This document shows positions 1 through 8,063 of a stretch of 35,462 nucleotides of DNA, piece by piece; the first letter of the stretch is position 1; each line of letters begins with the position of its first letter. The DNA is from Clostridia bacterium (GTDB lineage Bacteria > Bacillota > Clostridia > Christensenellales > CAG-314), in the NCBI GenBank assembly GCA_017500905.1, contig JAFVXX010000114.1, positions 1-35,462 of the forward strand, given 5' to 3'. The notes beneath the pieces were generated by a model that worked only from the letters and a program-made list of their open reading frames with translations, ran no database searches and was not told where the DNA came from. The position numbers and the translations under genes were made by a program.

Positions 1-387
<387 letters not shown>

Positions 388-395
388 TTAGTTTA

Positions 396-424
396 ATAAT
401 ATACTTATTTGTCCCAGATGTCAA
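396..424 (-). promoter_or_regulatory. sigma-70-like promoter for trpS
   Basis: Read on the minus strand: TTGACA (424-419), a 17-nt spacer, then TATTAT (401-396), about 30 nt upstream of the trpS ATG. Confidence 0.45.
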
Positions 425-440
425 CAATTTGGGAACTAAA

Positions 441-470
441 ATAAAAAAGCCAACTGTTGCAGTTGGCTTG
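441..470 (-). terminator. rho-independent terminator after rpmE
   Basis: Stem agccaactg / cagttggct (448-469) with a 4-nt loop. On the minus strand it is followed by a T-run (plus-strand A-run 441-447). Confidence 0.8.
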
Positions 471-474
471 TTTA

Positions 475-678
475 TTACATACCGTATCTTTTCTTGAATT
501 TGTCTACACGTCCACCGGCATCTACAATCTTTGCCTTACCGGTAAAGTAAGGGTGACACTTGTTGCAGATTTCAACCTTGATCAAGTTTGTATTTTTGGT
601 TGTACCGGTTTCGAAAGTAGCGCCACAAGCACATACAACAGTCGCTTTGTGATAATTCGGATGTATACCTTGTTTCAT
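475..678 (-). CDS. rpmE: 50S ribosomal protein L31
   Basis: 67 aa, [29 protein letters not shown]...CHPYFTGK. This is the classic L31 signature, including the C-x-C ... C-x-x-C-H zinc-ribbon residues. Confidence 0.95.
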   Translation of the reverse strand: MKQGIHPNYHKATVVCACGATFETGTTKNTNLIKVEICNKCHPYFTGKAKIVDAGGRVDKFKKRYGM

Positions 679-734
679 TTGCCTTACCTCTCAAAACATT
701 ATATTTTGTCGACATGCGACAATTCAGCCTGACA

Positions 735-763
735 ATTATATACCCAAATTTGCATTTAGTCAA
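735..763 (-). promoter_or_regulatory. sigma-70-like promoter for rpmE
   Basis: Minus strand: TTGACT (763-758), 17 nt, TATAAT (740-735). The 5' UTR contains the small hairpin TTGTCG-acatg-CGACAA (704-720). Confidence 0.5.
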
Positions 764-773
764 GCGTTTTTTA

Positions 774-1568
774 TCATTTAAGTTGAGCTTTGGCAAAAAC
801 AAAGTAGCCAAGCACGCCCTCGCCTGCAGCAAGCAAGCCGTTGACAAGCAAAATTTTGCCCAGCAACGCACCGTTGTTGGCGCCGGCATTAAAAAACATT
901 TGTTGCGCAAAGGGTATCCATTGCAAAGCCCCCACTGCCATCCCCTGTACCTGTGCAACAAGCACGACAACCTCAAAGACGGTTGCAAGCACCATGGTTC
1001 CTGCCAATGGCAAAATTACTGCCAGCACCCTTTTTTTAGTTCCAACCAGCACAAGCAGAGTTGTTGCTGCCATCACAAAACAGGACAGCACGCCCAAGCC
1101 AATGGAGGAAAAAATGCCCGTCAAAGCCTGCACAAGGGTGTACTTTGCAAATTCGCCCATCAATGCCAATGCTACAACGTATACGGCAGCCTGAGCAAAA
1201 ACAAACGCTATGCAGCAGCCCACCGAAACAATTAGGTAAGCAAGGTAAATTTGCAAGCGACTTTTGTTGGAAAGCAACACATTACGCAGGGTGCCTTCGG
1301 AAAAATCCGTGCCAACAAACAGCGCAACAAAAAACACTACAAACATTGCCGAGTAGGAATCTGTACGGGCAAGGGTGGAAAACGTGGTTGCAAACGCATC
1401 ACCGCCAAGCAGAGTTGCCACCATATCAGAGCCGGAGCCTGCAATCAAGGGCAACAGCTTAAGCAAGCCAACGTCTAACAAGGCCATTGCCACCGTCAAC
1501 GCCAGCAGCACCCACAAAATTTTGGATTTTTTTAGACGAAACAACAAGGTGTTTAGCACTTTTGACAT
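774..1568 (-). CDS. ABC-2 type transporter permease
   Basis: 264 aa and hydrophobic throughout, with about 6 predicted TM segments. AGGAGG SD upstream. Overlaps the upstream ABC ATPase gene by 16 nt, indicating translational coupling. Confidence 0.75.
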   Translation of the reverse strand: MSKVLNTLLFRLKKSKILWVLLALTVAMALLDVGLLKLLPLIAGSGSDMVATLLGGDAFATTFSTLARTDSYSAMFVVFFVALFVGTDFSEGTLRNVLLSNKSRLQIYLAYLIVSVGCCIAFVFAQAAVYVVALALMGEFAKYTLVQALTGIFSSIGLGVLSCFVMAATTLLVLVGTKKRVLAVILPLAGTMVLATVFEVVVLVAQVQGMAVGALQWIPFAQQMFFNAGANNGALLGKILLVNGLLAAGEGVLGYFVFAKAQLK

Positions 1569-2461
1569 TTTTTGTCCTCCTTTAGCAACGCCACGTAGTA
1601 GTCCTCCAGCGTTTGGCTGATTGTTTGGACGTTGACAATATCCACGCCGCCCTGTGCCAGCACGCCTACCACGTCGGCAACCTTTGCATCGGCATCAAGC
1701 ACGTCAATTTGCCCCAATCTGCCCTCTACGGTGTAGCCAGCCCCCTTAAGCAACGAGTAAGCTGTGGGCACGTCCTGCAAATTTACTCGCACAAGCTTGC
1801 TGCAGTTGGATTCGATTTCTGCTGCTGTCGCCTGCTTGATAAGTCTGCCGTTGTTTACAAAGCAGTAGCTTGTTGCAAACTTGCCCAGCTCGCTTAAAAT
1901 ATGGCTGGAAATTACAAACGTTATGCCAAATTGTTGGTTGAGCTGCACAAACAGCTGCCTCAAATCCATTATGCCCTGCGGGTCAAGGCCGTTGGTAGGC
2001 TCGTCCAGCAGCACCAAGCTGGGCTTGCCAAGCAAAGCCACGGCAATTGCAAGACGTTGCTTCATGCCAAGCGAAAAGGTAGCAGCCTTTTGGTTGCCTG
2101 TATCCAGCCCCACCAGCTGCAAGGTTTTGTCAAAGTAGGCACGGTCGTCTGCAATGCCCAGCAATCTTGCCTGTGCACGCAAATTGTCCATTGCGCTCAG
2201 CCCTCCGTAAAGAGAGGGAGCTTCGATAAGTGCAGCAACCTTTGTGTCGGTGCGGGCTTGATTGGGACAAATTGCAAAGCTGCCGCTTGTAGGGGTGATT
2301 AGCCCTGTCAAAAGGCGCATCAAGGTGGTTTTGCCGGCTCCGTTTTTGCCTACCAAGCCACAAATTTCGCCTTGGTTGATTTGCAGGGTTACGTTGTCTA
2401 CCACCCTTTTGCCGTTGTACTCTTTGGTAAGGTTGGTAGTAGTGATGATTGCGTTAGTCAT
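1553..2461 (-). CDS. ABC transporter ATP-binding protein
   Basis: 302 aa. Walker A is GKNGAGKTT, the ABC signature is a LSLGMKQR-like block, and Walker B is LVLLDEPTNGLD. SD is AAGGAGA. Confidence 0.9.
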   Translation of the reverse strand: MTNAIITTTNLTKEYNGKRVVDNVTLQINQGEICGLVGKNGAGKTTLMRLLTGLITPTSGSFAICPNQARTDTKVAALIEAPSLYGGLSAMDNLRAQARLLGIADDRAYFDKTLQLVGLDTGNQKAATFSLGMKQRLAIAVALLGKPSLVLLDEPTNGLDPQGIMDLRQLFVQLNQQFGITFVISSHILSELGKFATSYCFVNNGRLIKQATAAEIESNCSKLVRVNLQDVPTAYSLLKGAGYTVEGRLGQIDVLDADAKVADVVGVLAQGGVDIVNVQTISQTLEDYYVALLKEDKKCQKC

Positions 2462-4298
2462 TGTTTTCTCCTTTTGGCGACGCTACGTGAAAGTAGTCGT
2501 ATACCTTTTGAGCCGAGGCTGCCGTCATGCCCTTTACTTGCTTCAGCTGGTCGATGGTTGCATCCTTGATGGCATCAATATTTTTGAAAAAGCGATACAG
2601 CGCCATTTGACGCTTTGGTCCAATGCCGTCTATTTCGCCCAAAATTGTCTTAAGCGAGTTTTTGCCGTGCAGCTTCCTAAAGTAGGTAATTGCAAAGCGA
2701 TGCGCCTCGTCACGCAGGTTGATTAATAAATTAAGTGCGTAGCTGTTGCGTGGCAAAAAGATGGGCTGATTGTTGTGCAAGGTGTACACCAATTCCTCCC
2801 TTTTTGCAAGCGAAACAAGGGGTACGTGTACGCCCGTTTGCTCCATTGCCTGCCGTGCGTAGTCCAGTTGACCAAGGCCACCATCCACCACAATCAAGTC
2901 GGGCTTTGCGCCAAAGCGAGCGTCCTCATCCTTGACGTGCGTAAGCCTGCGCACAAGCGTTTCCTTCATGCTGGCAAAGTCGTTTGCGCCCTGTACCGTC
3001 TTGATTTGAAAGCGTCTGTATTGCCCCGAATCCCTTTGCCCGTTGGTAAACACCACCATGGACGCCACCTTGTCTACGCCACTGATGTTGCTTATGTCGT
3101 AGCACTCGATGCGCTTTGGCAATTGCTTTAGCCCCAACAGCTCCTTAAGCTGATGTACGGCCCCCACCGTAGTGTTGTACTTGCGATCAATTTCCGTTTG
3201 GCTTTTGGTAAGATACTCCACGGCATTGCGGTAGCTCATATCCACCAGCTTGCGCTTTTGCCCACGTTGAGGATGGGCAATGGTCACCCTTGATTTGCAC
3301 TTGGTTGCAAGCAGGCCTGCAACGGCATCGGCATCGGGCAAGGGCAAATTGACGTACAGCTCGCCCGACAAATCCACCGTGGGGCAGTACTCGGTCAAAA
3401 AGCTTTGAAGCGTTTGCGCCTCGTCTATGCCGGCATCAGTTACGGCAAAGTTGTCGGAAAAAGTAACCTTGCCACCACGCACCATCATGTGATTGACAAC
3501 GGCGTTTTTGCCGTTGGAGGCAATGGCAAACATGTCGTAATTGACCACTTGCTTAAGCACTACAAGGCGTTTTTCGCCCATCTTTTGCACAACCTCAAGC
3601 AGCTTTTTGTAGGATAGCGCTTGCTCGTACTGCATTTTGTCGCTTGCCTGCATCATTTTTTCCGTAAGTATTTGCACCACTTCGGCATCGTCGCCCTGCA
3701 AAAATCTTACGGCTTTGTCAATTACCTTGCGATACTCCTCCTTGCTGACTGCGCCAATGCAAGGGCCACAGCACTTGCCAATGTGGTAGTTGAGGCAAGG
3801 ACGAAAGTTTTTGGGCAGCTTGTCAAAGTTTAGGTTGCACGTCACCGTTGGAAATGCGTGTGACAGCACCTCCATTACCGACTTGATTCCACCGTACGTA
3901 ATGGGGCCAAAGTACTTGCATTTGTCCCGTACAAACCTACGGGTAGGCACCAATTTGGGAAACTTAGCCGTCAAATCCACCTTGACGTAGGGGTACTGCT
4001 TGTCATCCTTAAGCAAAATGTTGTAGGGTGGAGTGTGCTTTTTGATTAGTGTGTTTTCCAGCGAAAGCGCATCCGTTTCCGTGCCTGTAATTACGTAGCG
4101 AAACGTGTCTACGTGCGACAACATTGCCAGCACCTTTTCCGTCTTGTTTGTGGACGCAAAAAAGTACTGCCTAACACGGTTTTTTAGGTTTTTTGCCTTG
4201 CCGACGTACAGCAAATTGCCGTCGGCGTCGTACATAAGGTAAACGCCCGGCTCCTCCGGCAAATTTTTAAGCTTGGTTTGTAGATCTACACTTTGCAT
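2454..4298 (-). CDS. uvrC: excinuclease ABC subunit C
   Basis: 614 aa. The N-terminal GIY-YIG block is GVYLMYDADGNLLYVGKAKNLKNRVRQYF. It also has the UvrBC-interaction region and C-terminal RNase H-like plus HhH regions (GIGPKRQMALYRFF). The stop overlaps the ABC ATPase start by 8 nt. Confidence 0.95.
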   Translation of the reverse strand: MQSVDLQTKLKNLPEEPGVYLMYDADGNLLYVGKAKNLKNRVRQYFFASTNKTEKVLAMLSHVDTFRYVITGTETDALSLENTLIKKHTPPYNILLKDDKQYPYVKVDLTAKFPKLVPTRRFVRDKCKYFGPITYGGIKSVMEVLSHAFPTVTCNLNFDKLPKNFRPCLNYHIGKCCGPCIGAVSKEEYRKVIDKAVRFLQGDDAEVVQILTEKMMQASDKMQYEQALSYKKLLEVVQKMGEKRLVVLKQVVNYDMFAIASNGKNAVVNHMMVRGGKVTFSDNFAVTDAGIDEAQTLQSFLTEYCPTVDLSGELYVNLPLPDADAVAGLLATKCKSRVTIAHPQRGQKRKLVDMSYRNAVEYLTKSQTEIDRKYNTTVGAVHQLKELLGLKQLPKRIECYDISNISGVDKVASMVVFTNGQRDSGQYRRFQIKTVQGANDFASMKETLVRRLTHVKDEDARFGAKPDLIVVDGGLGQLDYARQAMEQTGVHVPLVSLAKREELVYTLHNNQPIFLPRNSYALNLLINLRDEAHRFAITYFRKLHGKNSLKTILGEIDGIGPKRQMALYRFFKNIDAIKDATIDQLKQVKGMTAASAQKVYDYFHVASPKGENND

Positions 4299-4304
4299 AT
4301 TACT

Positions 4305-4333
4305 ATTATACCACCATTTGCACCATCTTTCAA
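4305..4333 (-). promoter_or_regulatory. sigma-70-like promoter placed for a leaderless uvrC mRNA
   Basis: Minus strand: TTGAAA (4333-4328), 17 nt, TGgTATAAT (-10 at 4310-4305). Only 6 nt (agtaat) separate it from the uvrC ATG at 4298, and there is no SD. Confidence 0.5.
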
Positions 4334-4364
4334 CATATTTTTTTATTCACACTTGCTTTTATGC

Positions 4365-4394
4365 AAAAAAAAAGCAGATGCCAACAGCATCTGC
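4365..4394 (-). terminator. rho-independent terminator after ssrA
   Basis: Stem gcagatgc (4374-4381) / gcatctgc (4387-4394) with a 5-nt loop. A 9-nt T-run follows on the minus strand (plus-strand A-run 4365-4373). Confidence 0.8.
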
Positions 4395-4422
4395 TCTACT
4401 TTTTGCGTGCAACCAGCACTTT

Positions 4423-4768
4423 TGGTGGAGATGACGGGACTTGCACCCGTGTACCAACGCAAGACCATCAAGCTTTCTACGTGTGTAGACTTGTTTGTAA
4501 CGTCACGCAGTAGCCAAACGGTCAAAAGCTACTACGCCAAGATTGTAAAGGTTTGCTACAAGCATACAATCATTTGCAAGCAGCTATTCGCAATGTCTGG
4601 CGCCACTTTTACGCCTTGCGAAGCAACGTAAGGTGACGCGCTGGCTAATTAGGCAGCGTATGCGTAACTATTGTTAGCGTTTAAATTTAGGTTTTGCCTT
4701 TTTACGAAGCTGCACTTCGACACGCTTACTCAACCATCATTACACTGGGCGAATCTAAAAACATCCCC
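4423..4768 (-). ncRNA. ssrA: transfer-messenger RNA (tmRNA, SsrA)
   Basis: Minus-strand RNA of 346 nt. The 5' end is GGGGATGTTTTTAGATTCG and the 3' end is ACGGGTGCAAGTCCCGTCATCTCCACCA. The acceptor stem GGGGATG/CATCTCC contains the G3:U70 alanine identity pair. The internal tag ORF is GCT AAC AAT AGT TAC GCA TAC GCT GCC TAA, giving ANNSYAYAA followed by a stop, the typical ...YA(L/Y)AA degradation tag. Confidence 0.9.
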
Positions 4769-4783
4769 ATGTATTTTGGATAT

Positions 4784-4815
4784 ATTATATTATACCACAA
4801 CTTTGCCTTTGTCAA
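4784..4815 (-). promoter_or_regulatory. candidate promoter for ssrA
   Basis: Minus strand: TTGACA (4815-4810), followed by overlapping -10 candidates. These are TATAAT with a 15-nt spacer, TAATAT with a 17-nt spacer, and TATAAT with a 20-nt spacer. The register is ambiguous. Confidence 0.35.
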
Positions 4816-4972
4816 TACTTTTTTGCTTGATTCAACTAAAATTTGAACAATTTTGCCGTTTTATTGAAAATTGCGTGACAAAGAAACGTAATTTATCCTT
4901 AGCAAATACCTTGAAAACTACACCTTGCTACAACTAACACAAGCATGCAATACCTAAATTTGCAAAAAAATA

Positions 4973-5001
4973 TTGCAATCAAAAATTAATTGCGTTATAA
5001 T
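4973..5001 (+). promoter_or_regulatory. sigma-70-like promoter for the lipoprotein gene
   Basis: TTGCAA (4973-4978), 17 nt, TATAAT (4996-5001). Confidence 0.5.
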
Positions 5002-5031
5002 GGTTGTAGAAATCAATTTAGGAGGCGTAAA

Positions 5032-6099
5032 ATGAAAAGAAGGCTACTGCTATCAACGTTGACTTTTGTTTTAATTGCCGTTTTGACACTTTTTGTTGCT
5101 GCGTGCGAACTACCCTTTGGAACGTCCAAAAATTTTAGCAACGACAACATTACTCCCGTACCATCTCAAGAGGGCTACTACACCGACGACGCCTTGGCGT
5201 TTTGCGCCGAAATTAGAGGCTCGTACAAGGCAAACAGGCCGTTTACCTTGGACGAACAAAACAACAATTTGCGTATTTGGGACAACATGTATTTGTACGA
5301 ATACGACTACTTTCAAATGATCGCCAGCGAAAAAGCCGACATTTTTTACTCGGTAAACACCGATGACCTGGAATACGTAGAGGTTGACGACAAGTTTGCT
5401 CAAGCAACCGTAAAGGAAGGCAAATCGGGTATTTACAAGGTAACGTTTGATTTGTCAACTAAGATTTTTGATTTGCAATACCTTGGCGAAATTGTAACAC
5501 CTGTATACGAAAAAATGGATGGTTGCGACGTGTACTCGTTAAAATCGGGCTTTACTCAACTGACACCAAACCCAAACAACCTTGACGAACTTATGATTGC
5601 CAACTACTCTATCGAAAGTGGCGCATTGATATCCTTTTACAACCACGGGGACGTGCATCTAAGCAATTACAAGGTTGTTTTAGACAGCGCAAATCAAAAC
5701 AAATATGCAACTTCACTTGAAGACGGCGACAAACACTTGTCCTTTGCAATTGGTGGTATCTACAATTTGTACGTCAACCCCACTACCTACGCCGTCAGGG
5801 TAGAACTTACAAACCCTGATACTGCAAGCTACTCGTTGCAGGTGTACGAAAACGGCGAGCCTGTTGCATTAAGCGCAACAAATCCAAGCACTCCGTACAT
5901 ATTTACATACGTAATGACAGCCAAGAGAAACCAATCGCTACCAATTTTTGTAAGCGCTTATTACAATATGTACGTTTTGTCGCTCAACCCATCGGAATAC
6001 ATGGACAACGATTACGAGAAGTTTAACGAAGCAGGCACCTATCGTTTAGAAATAAACCTAAAAACATTTACCGTAACGGTAGAACTTGCACCACAATAA
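5032..6099 (+). CDS. putative lipoprotein, function unknown
   Basis: Start moved from the track's TTG at 4990 to the ATG at 5032, which lies behind AGGAGG. The N-terminus MKRRLLLSTLTFVLIAVLTLFVAAC has a lipobox-like VAAC. The mature part is rich in Y/N/T and looks beta-rich. Confidence 0.7.
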   Translation: MKRRLLLSTLTFVLIAVLTLFVAACELPFGTSKNFSNDNITPVPSQEGYYTDDALAFCAEIRGSYKANRPFTLDEQNNNLRIWDNMYLYEYDYFQMIASEKADIFYSVNTDDLEYVEVDDKFAQATVKEGKSGIYKVTFDLSTKIFDLQYLGEIVTPVYEKMDGCDVYSLKSGFTQLTPNPNNLDELMIANYSIESGALISFYNHGDVHLSNYKVVLDSANQNKYATSLEDGDKHLSFAIGGIYNLYVNPTTYAVRVELTNPDTASYSLQVYENGEPVALSATNPSTPYIFTYVMTAKRNQSLPIFVSAYYNMYVLSLNPSEYMDNDYEKFNEAGTYRLEINLKTFTVTVELAPQ

Positions 6100-6115
6100 A
6101 AGTTTTGTCTAAAAA

Positions 6116-6147
6116 GCAGATGCAAATTGTTGCATCTGCTTTTTTTT
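6116..6147 (+). terminator. rho-independent terminator after the lipoprotein gene
   Basis: Stem gcagatgcaa (6116-6125) / ttgcatctgc (6130-6139) with a 4-nt loop, followed by an 8-T run. Confidence 0.85.
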
Positions 6148-6171
6148 GTGTTTATATACAATGATTTTACC

Positions 6172-6200
6172 TTGATTTTGCCCTTGACGTGTGGTATAAT
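6172..6200 (+). promoter_or_regulatory. sigma-70-like promoter (extended -10)
   Basis: TTGATT (6172-6177), 17 nt, TGgTATAAT (-10 at 6195-6200), upstream of the 6232 gene. Confidence 0.5.
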
Positions 6201-6231
6201 AGAGCAAACAAACACAAGGAGCAATCCTGCT

Positions 6232-7185
6232 ATGAAAAAGACAAACAAACCAACGTATACCGTAAGCGAGTGCAGCGTTTGCGCAATTGACGACTACATC
6301 GGCACTGCCCCTACGCTGTGCGACTTGTACTACAGCCCAACGGACGTGCAGTATAACTACGGCTACCAGTACAAGCTTGCCAAGATAGGCGGCGCAACTC
6401 ACGGCTACTACATTGGCATAGACAGGTTTTACCTAACGGATGGCAAATGGGCAAAGGAGTACGCCCTTTACGAATACGGCGTGTACGACATGCAGTCAAC
6501 CCCACAAGCAAACGAGCAAATGTACAGCTTTTTGGTGCAAAACGCAATCCAGCTGGGTTGCAGTCGTATTTTGTTTCCAATCGAAGGTGGCAACGATGCC
6601 TTTTACAACTACTTCATGCACAACGGCTTTGTGCAAGACAACGGCTACCTTGTGCTTACGCTACCCAAGGCTACCCTGCCTGCAAAGGACCAAGTGCTGC
6701 TTCCCCAAGAGGGGGACGTAGTATCCTTTGAGCAAGCCTACTTTTTGCGAGAGCAACACTTTGAGGTAGACAAGCACTCCATTTGCTTCAACTACGCAGG
6801 CGAGCAAATTGCCATTTGCAGGGCAACGGGTGTGTGCACGTTTTCTAAGGCGTTTAGCGTTGCGGAAGGCGACACCTTTGTTTTGAATAGCCAACGTGCG
6901 TTGAGTGTGCTGGATATTTGCTGTCAGCTACTTCAACTTGGCACGACACAGGGCATTGTAATTTGCACACCACAACACAAAACAAGCGCCCTAACACCCG
7001 ACGTGTTGGTAGGCGATTGGGGCATTTTTGTAATGGAAAATGCAACCACGTCACAAATGCACGATTTTGTTACCCAACTAAAGGAAGAAACAGCTTTGAA
7101 AACGGCCACCTTGTACCAATTTTACTTCAACTTTGAGGTGGGTGGAAGGGTATCCAACCTGCATTACCTGCCACTACGCAAGTAA
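6232..7185 (+). CDS. hypothetical protein with an N-terminal GNAT-like (acetyltransferase-fold) region and a C-terminal domain of unknown function
   Basis: Start set at the ATG at 6232 (AAGGAG SD) rather than the track start 6127. The segment YSFLVQNAIQLGCSRILFPIEGGNDAFYNYFMHNGFVQDNGYLVL resembles the GNAT motif A/B region (...N..A..FY.k.GF). The roughly 170 C-terminal residues match nothing I recognise. Confidence 0.55.
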   Translation: MKKTNKPTYTVSECSVCAIDDYIGTAPTLCDLYYSPTDVQYNYGYQYKLAKIGGATHGYYIGIDRFYLTDGKWAKEYALYEYGVYDMQSTPQANEQMYSFLVQNAIQLGCSRILFPIEGGNDAFYNYFMHNGFVQDNGYLVLTLPKATLPAKDQVLLPQEGDVVSFEQAYFLREQHFEVDKHSICFNYAGEQIAICRATGVCTFSKAFSVAEGDTFVLNSQRALSVLDICCQLLQLGTTQGIVICTPQHKTSALTPDVLVGDWGIFVMENATTSQMHDFVTQLKEETALKTATLYQFYFNFEVGGRVSNLHYLPLRK

Positions 7186-7235
7186 AAAAGCACTAAACAA
7201 TTACCACAACAATTTTTACAAGGGAGCAACCATTT

Positions 7236-8012
7236 ATGCCCTACGATTACAGCCTAACTAAATACCCTCGCACACAGCATCTGGAGGGATCTCGCCTGCA
7301 AGAGGGCGATTACGACCTTAGCCAAGTGCCCTTTAGCCAAGTTTTGGGCAAGCACGTTGTGGTGGAGGAAAAGGTAGACGGTGCAAACAGCGCAATATCC
7401 TTTGACAACCAAGGCAATTTGCTTATTCAAAGCCGTGGAAGGTACCTAACGGGCGGTTTTAGAGAAAGGCACTACAACTTGCTTAAGGTGTGGGCAAACG
7501 CCAACAGGGACGCTTTGTGGGGCGCACTTGGCGACCGATACGTGATGTACGGCGAGTGGATGTTTGCCAAGCACAAGGTGTTTTACGATGCACTGCCCAG
7601 CTATTTTTTGGAGTTTGACGTGTACGACAGGGCAACGGGTACCTTTTTGGATACAGTCCGTCGCAAACAAATTGCGCAAAAGGCAGGCGCAGCCTCCGTG
7701 CCCGTACTTGCAGAGGGTGTTTTTACTTCCCCCAAGCAAATACTGTCTTTGCTGGGACACAGCAACTACGTTACGGACAGTCACCTGCAAGCGCTTGCAA
7801 CCTACTGCAACAGCCAAGGGCTGGATGCCGACAAAATCCTTGCCGAAACGGACAACTCCACCACCATGGAGGGCTTGTACGTCAAGGTGGAGGAAGGAGG
7901 CATTGTAACACAACGAGTAAAGTACGTACGAGGCGACTTTGCCCAACGTGTGCAACAGGATACATCCAACTGGCAACGCAAAGCCATTGTGCCAAACCAG
8001 CTTAAAAAGTAA
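7236..8012 (+). CDS. ATP-dependent RNA ligase family protein (covalent nucleotidyltransferase, KxDG type)
   Basis: 258 aa. The N-terminal KYPRTQHLEGS block is followed by nucleotidyltransferase motifs: I (EEKVDGAN), III-like (YVMYGEW), IV (EGLYVKV) and V (RVKYVR). AGGGAG SD. It lies 50 nt downstream of the 6232 gene, so co-transcription is likely. Confidence 0.7.
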   Translation: MPYDYSLTKYPRTQHLEGSRLQEGDYDLSQVPFSQVLGKHVVVEEKVDGANSAISFDNQGNLLIQSRGRYLTGGFRERHYNLLKVWANANRDALWGALGDRYVMYGEWMFAKHKVFYDALPSYFLEFDVYDRATGTFLDTVRRKQIAQKAGAASVPVLAEGVFTSPKQILSLLGHSNYVTDSHLQALATYCNSQGLDADKILAETDNSTTMEGLYVKVEEGGIVTQRVKYVRGDFAQRVQQDTSNWQRKAIVPNQLKK

Positions 8013-8013
8013 C

Positions 8014-8059
8014 AAAAAAGGCCGTCAACGGATAGTTTTTCCGTTGACGGCTTGCTTTT
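8014..8059. terminator. bidirectional terminator between convergent genes
   Basis: An 11-bp stem gccgtcaacgg (8021-8031) / ccgttgacggc (8041-8051). An A-run precedes it and T-rich sequence follows it. It serves the RNA-ligase gene (+) and the 8064 gene (-). Confidence 0.8.
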
Positions 8060-8063
8060 GTGA

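Noticed and set aside
457-988. ORFs 457..732 (+) and 572..988 (-), which overlap rpmE and the ABC permease end.
   Set aside because: They overlap the highly recognisable L31 gene and its promoter and terminator. They have no SD and low-complexity, Cys/Leu-rich products.
4293-4631. ORFs 4293..4631 (+, 112 aa) and 4343..4525 (-, 60 aa).
   Set aside because: They run through the ssrA terminator and the tmRNA gene, and the tmRNA assignment explains this interval.
4990-5031. The N-terminal extensions implied by the ORF-track starts. Affected starts are 4990, 6127, 9137, 9849, 23926, 26486, 27549, 27616, 30689, 33258, 33846 and 35115.
   Set aside because: In each case an internal ATG or GTG sits 5-9 nt behind a strong AGGAGG-like SD. 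That start gives a sensible N-terminus (a signal peptide, a conserved family N-terminus, or stop/start coupling). The extensions would run through promoters or SD sequences.
4374-6139. Two pairs of terminators share near-identical stems. gcagatgc appears at both 4374 and 6116, and aggactga at both 12747 and 34539. This was considered as a possible dispersed repeat family.
   Set aside because: The identity is limited to 8-11 nt of the stem plus the flanking A and T runs. The loops and surrounding contexts differ. This is too short to separate from convergent terminator composition without a genome-wide count.
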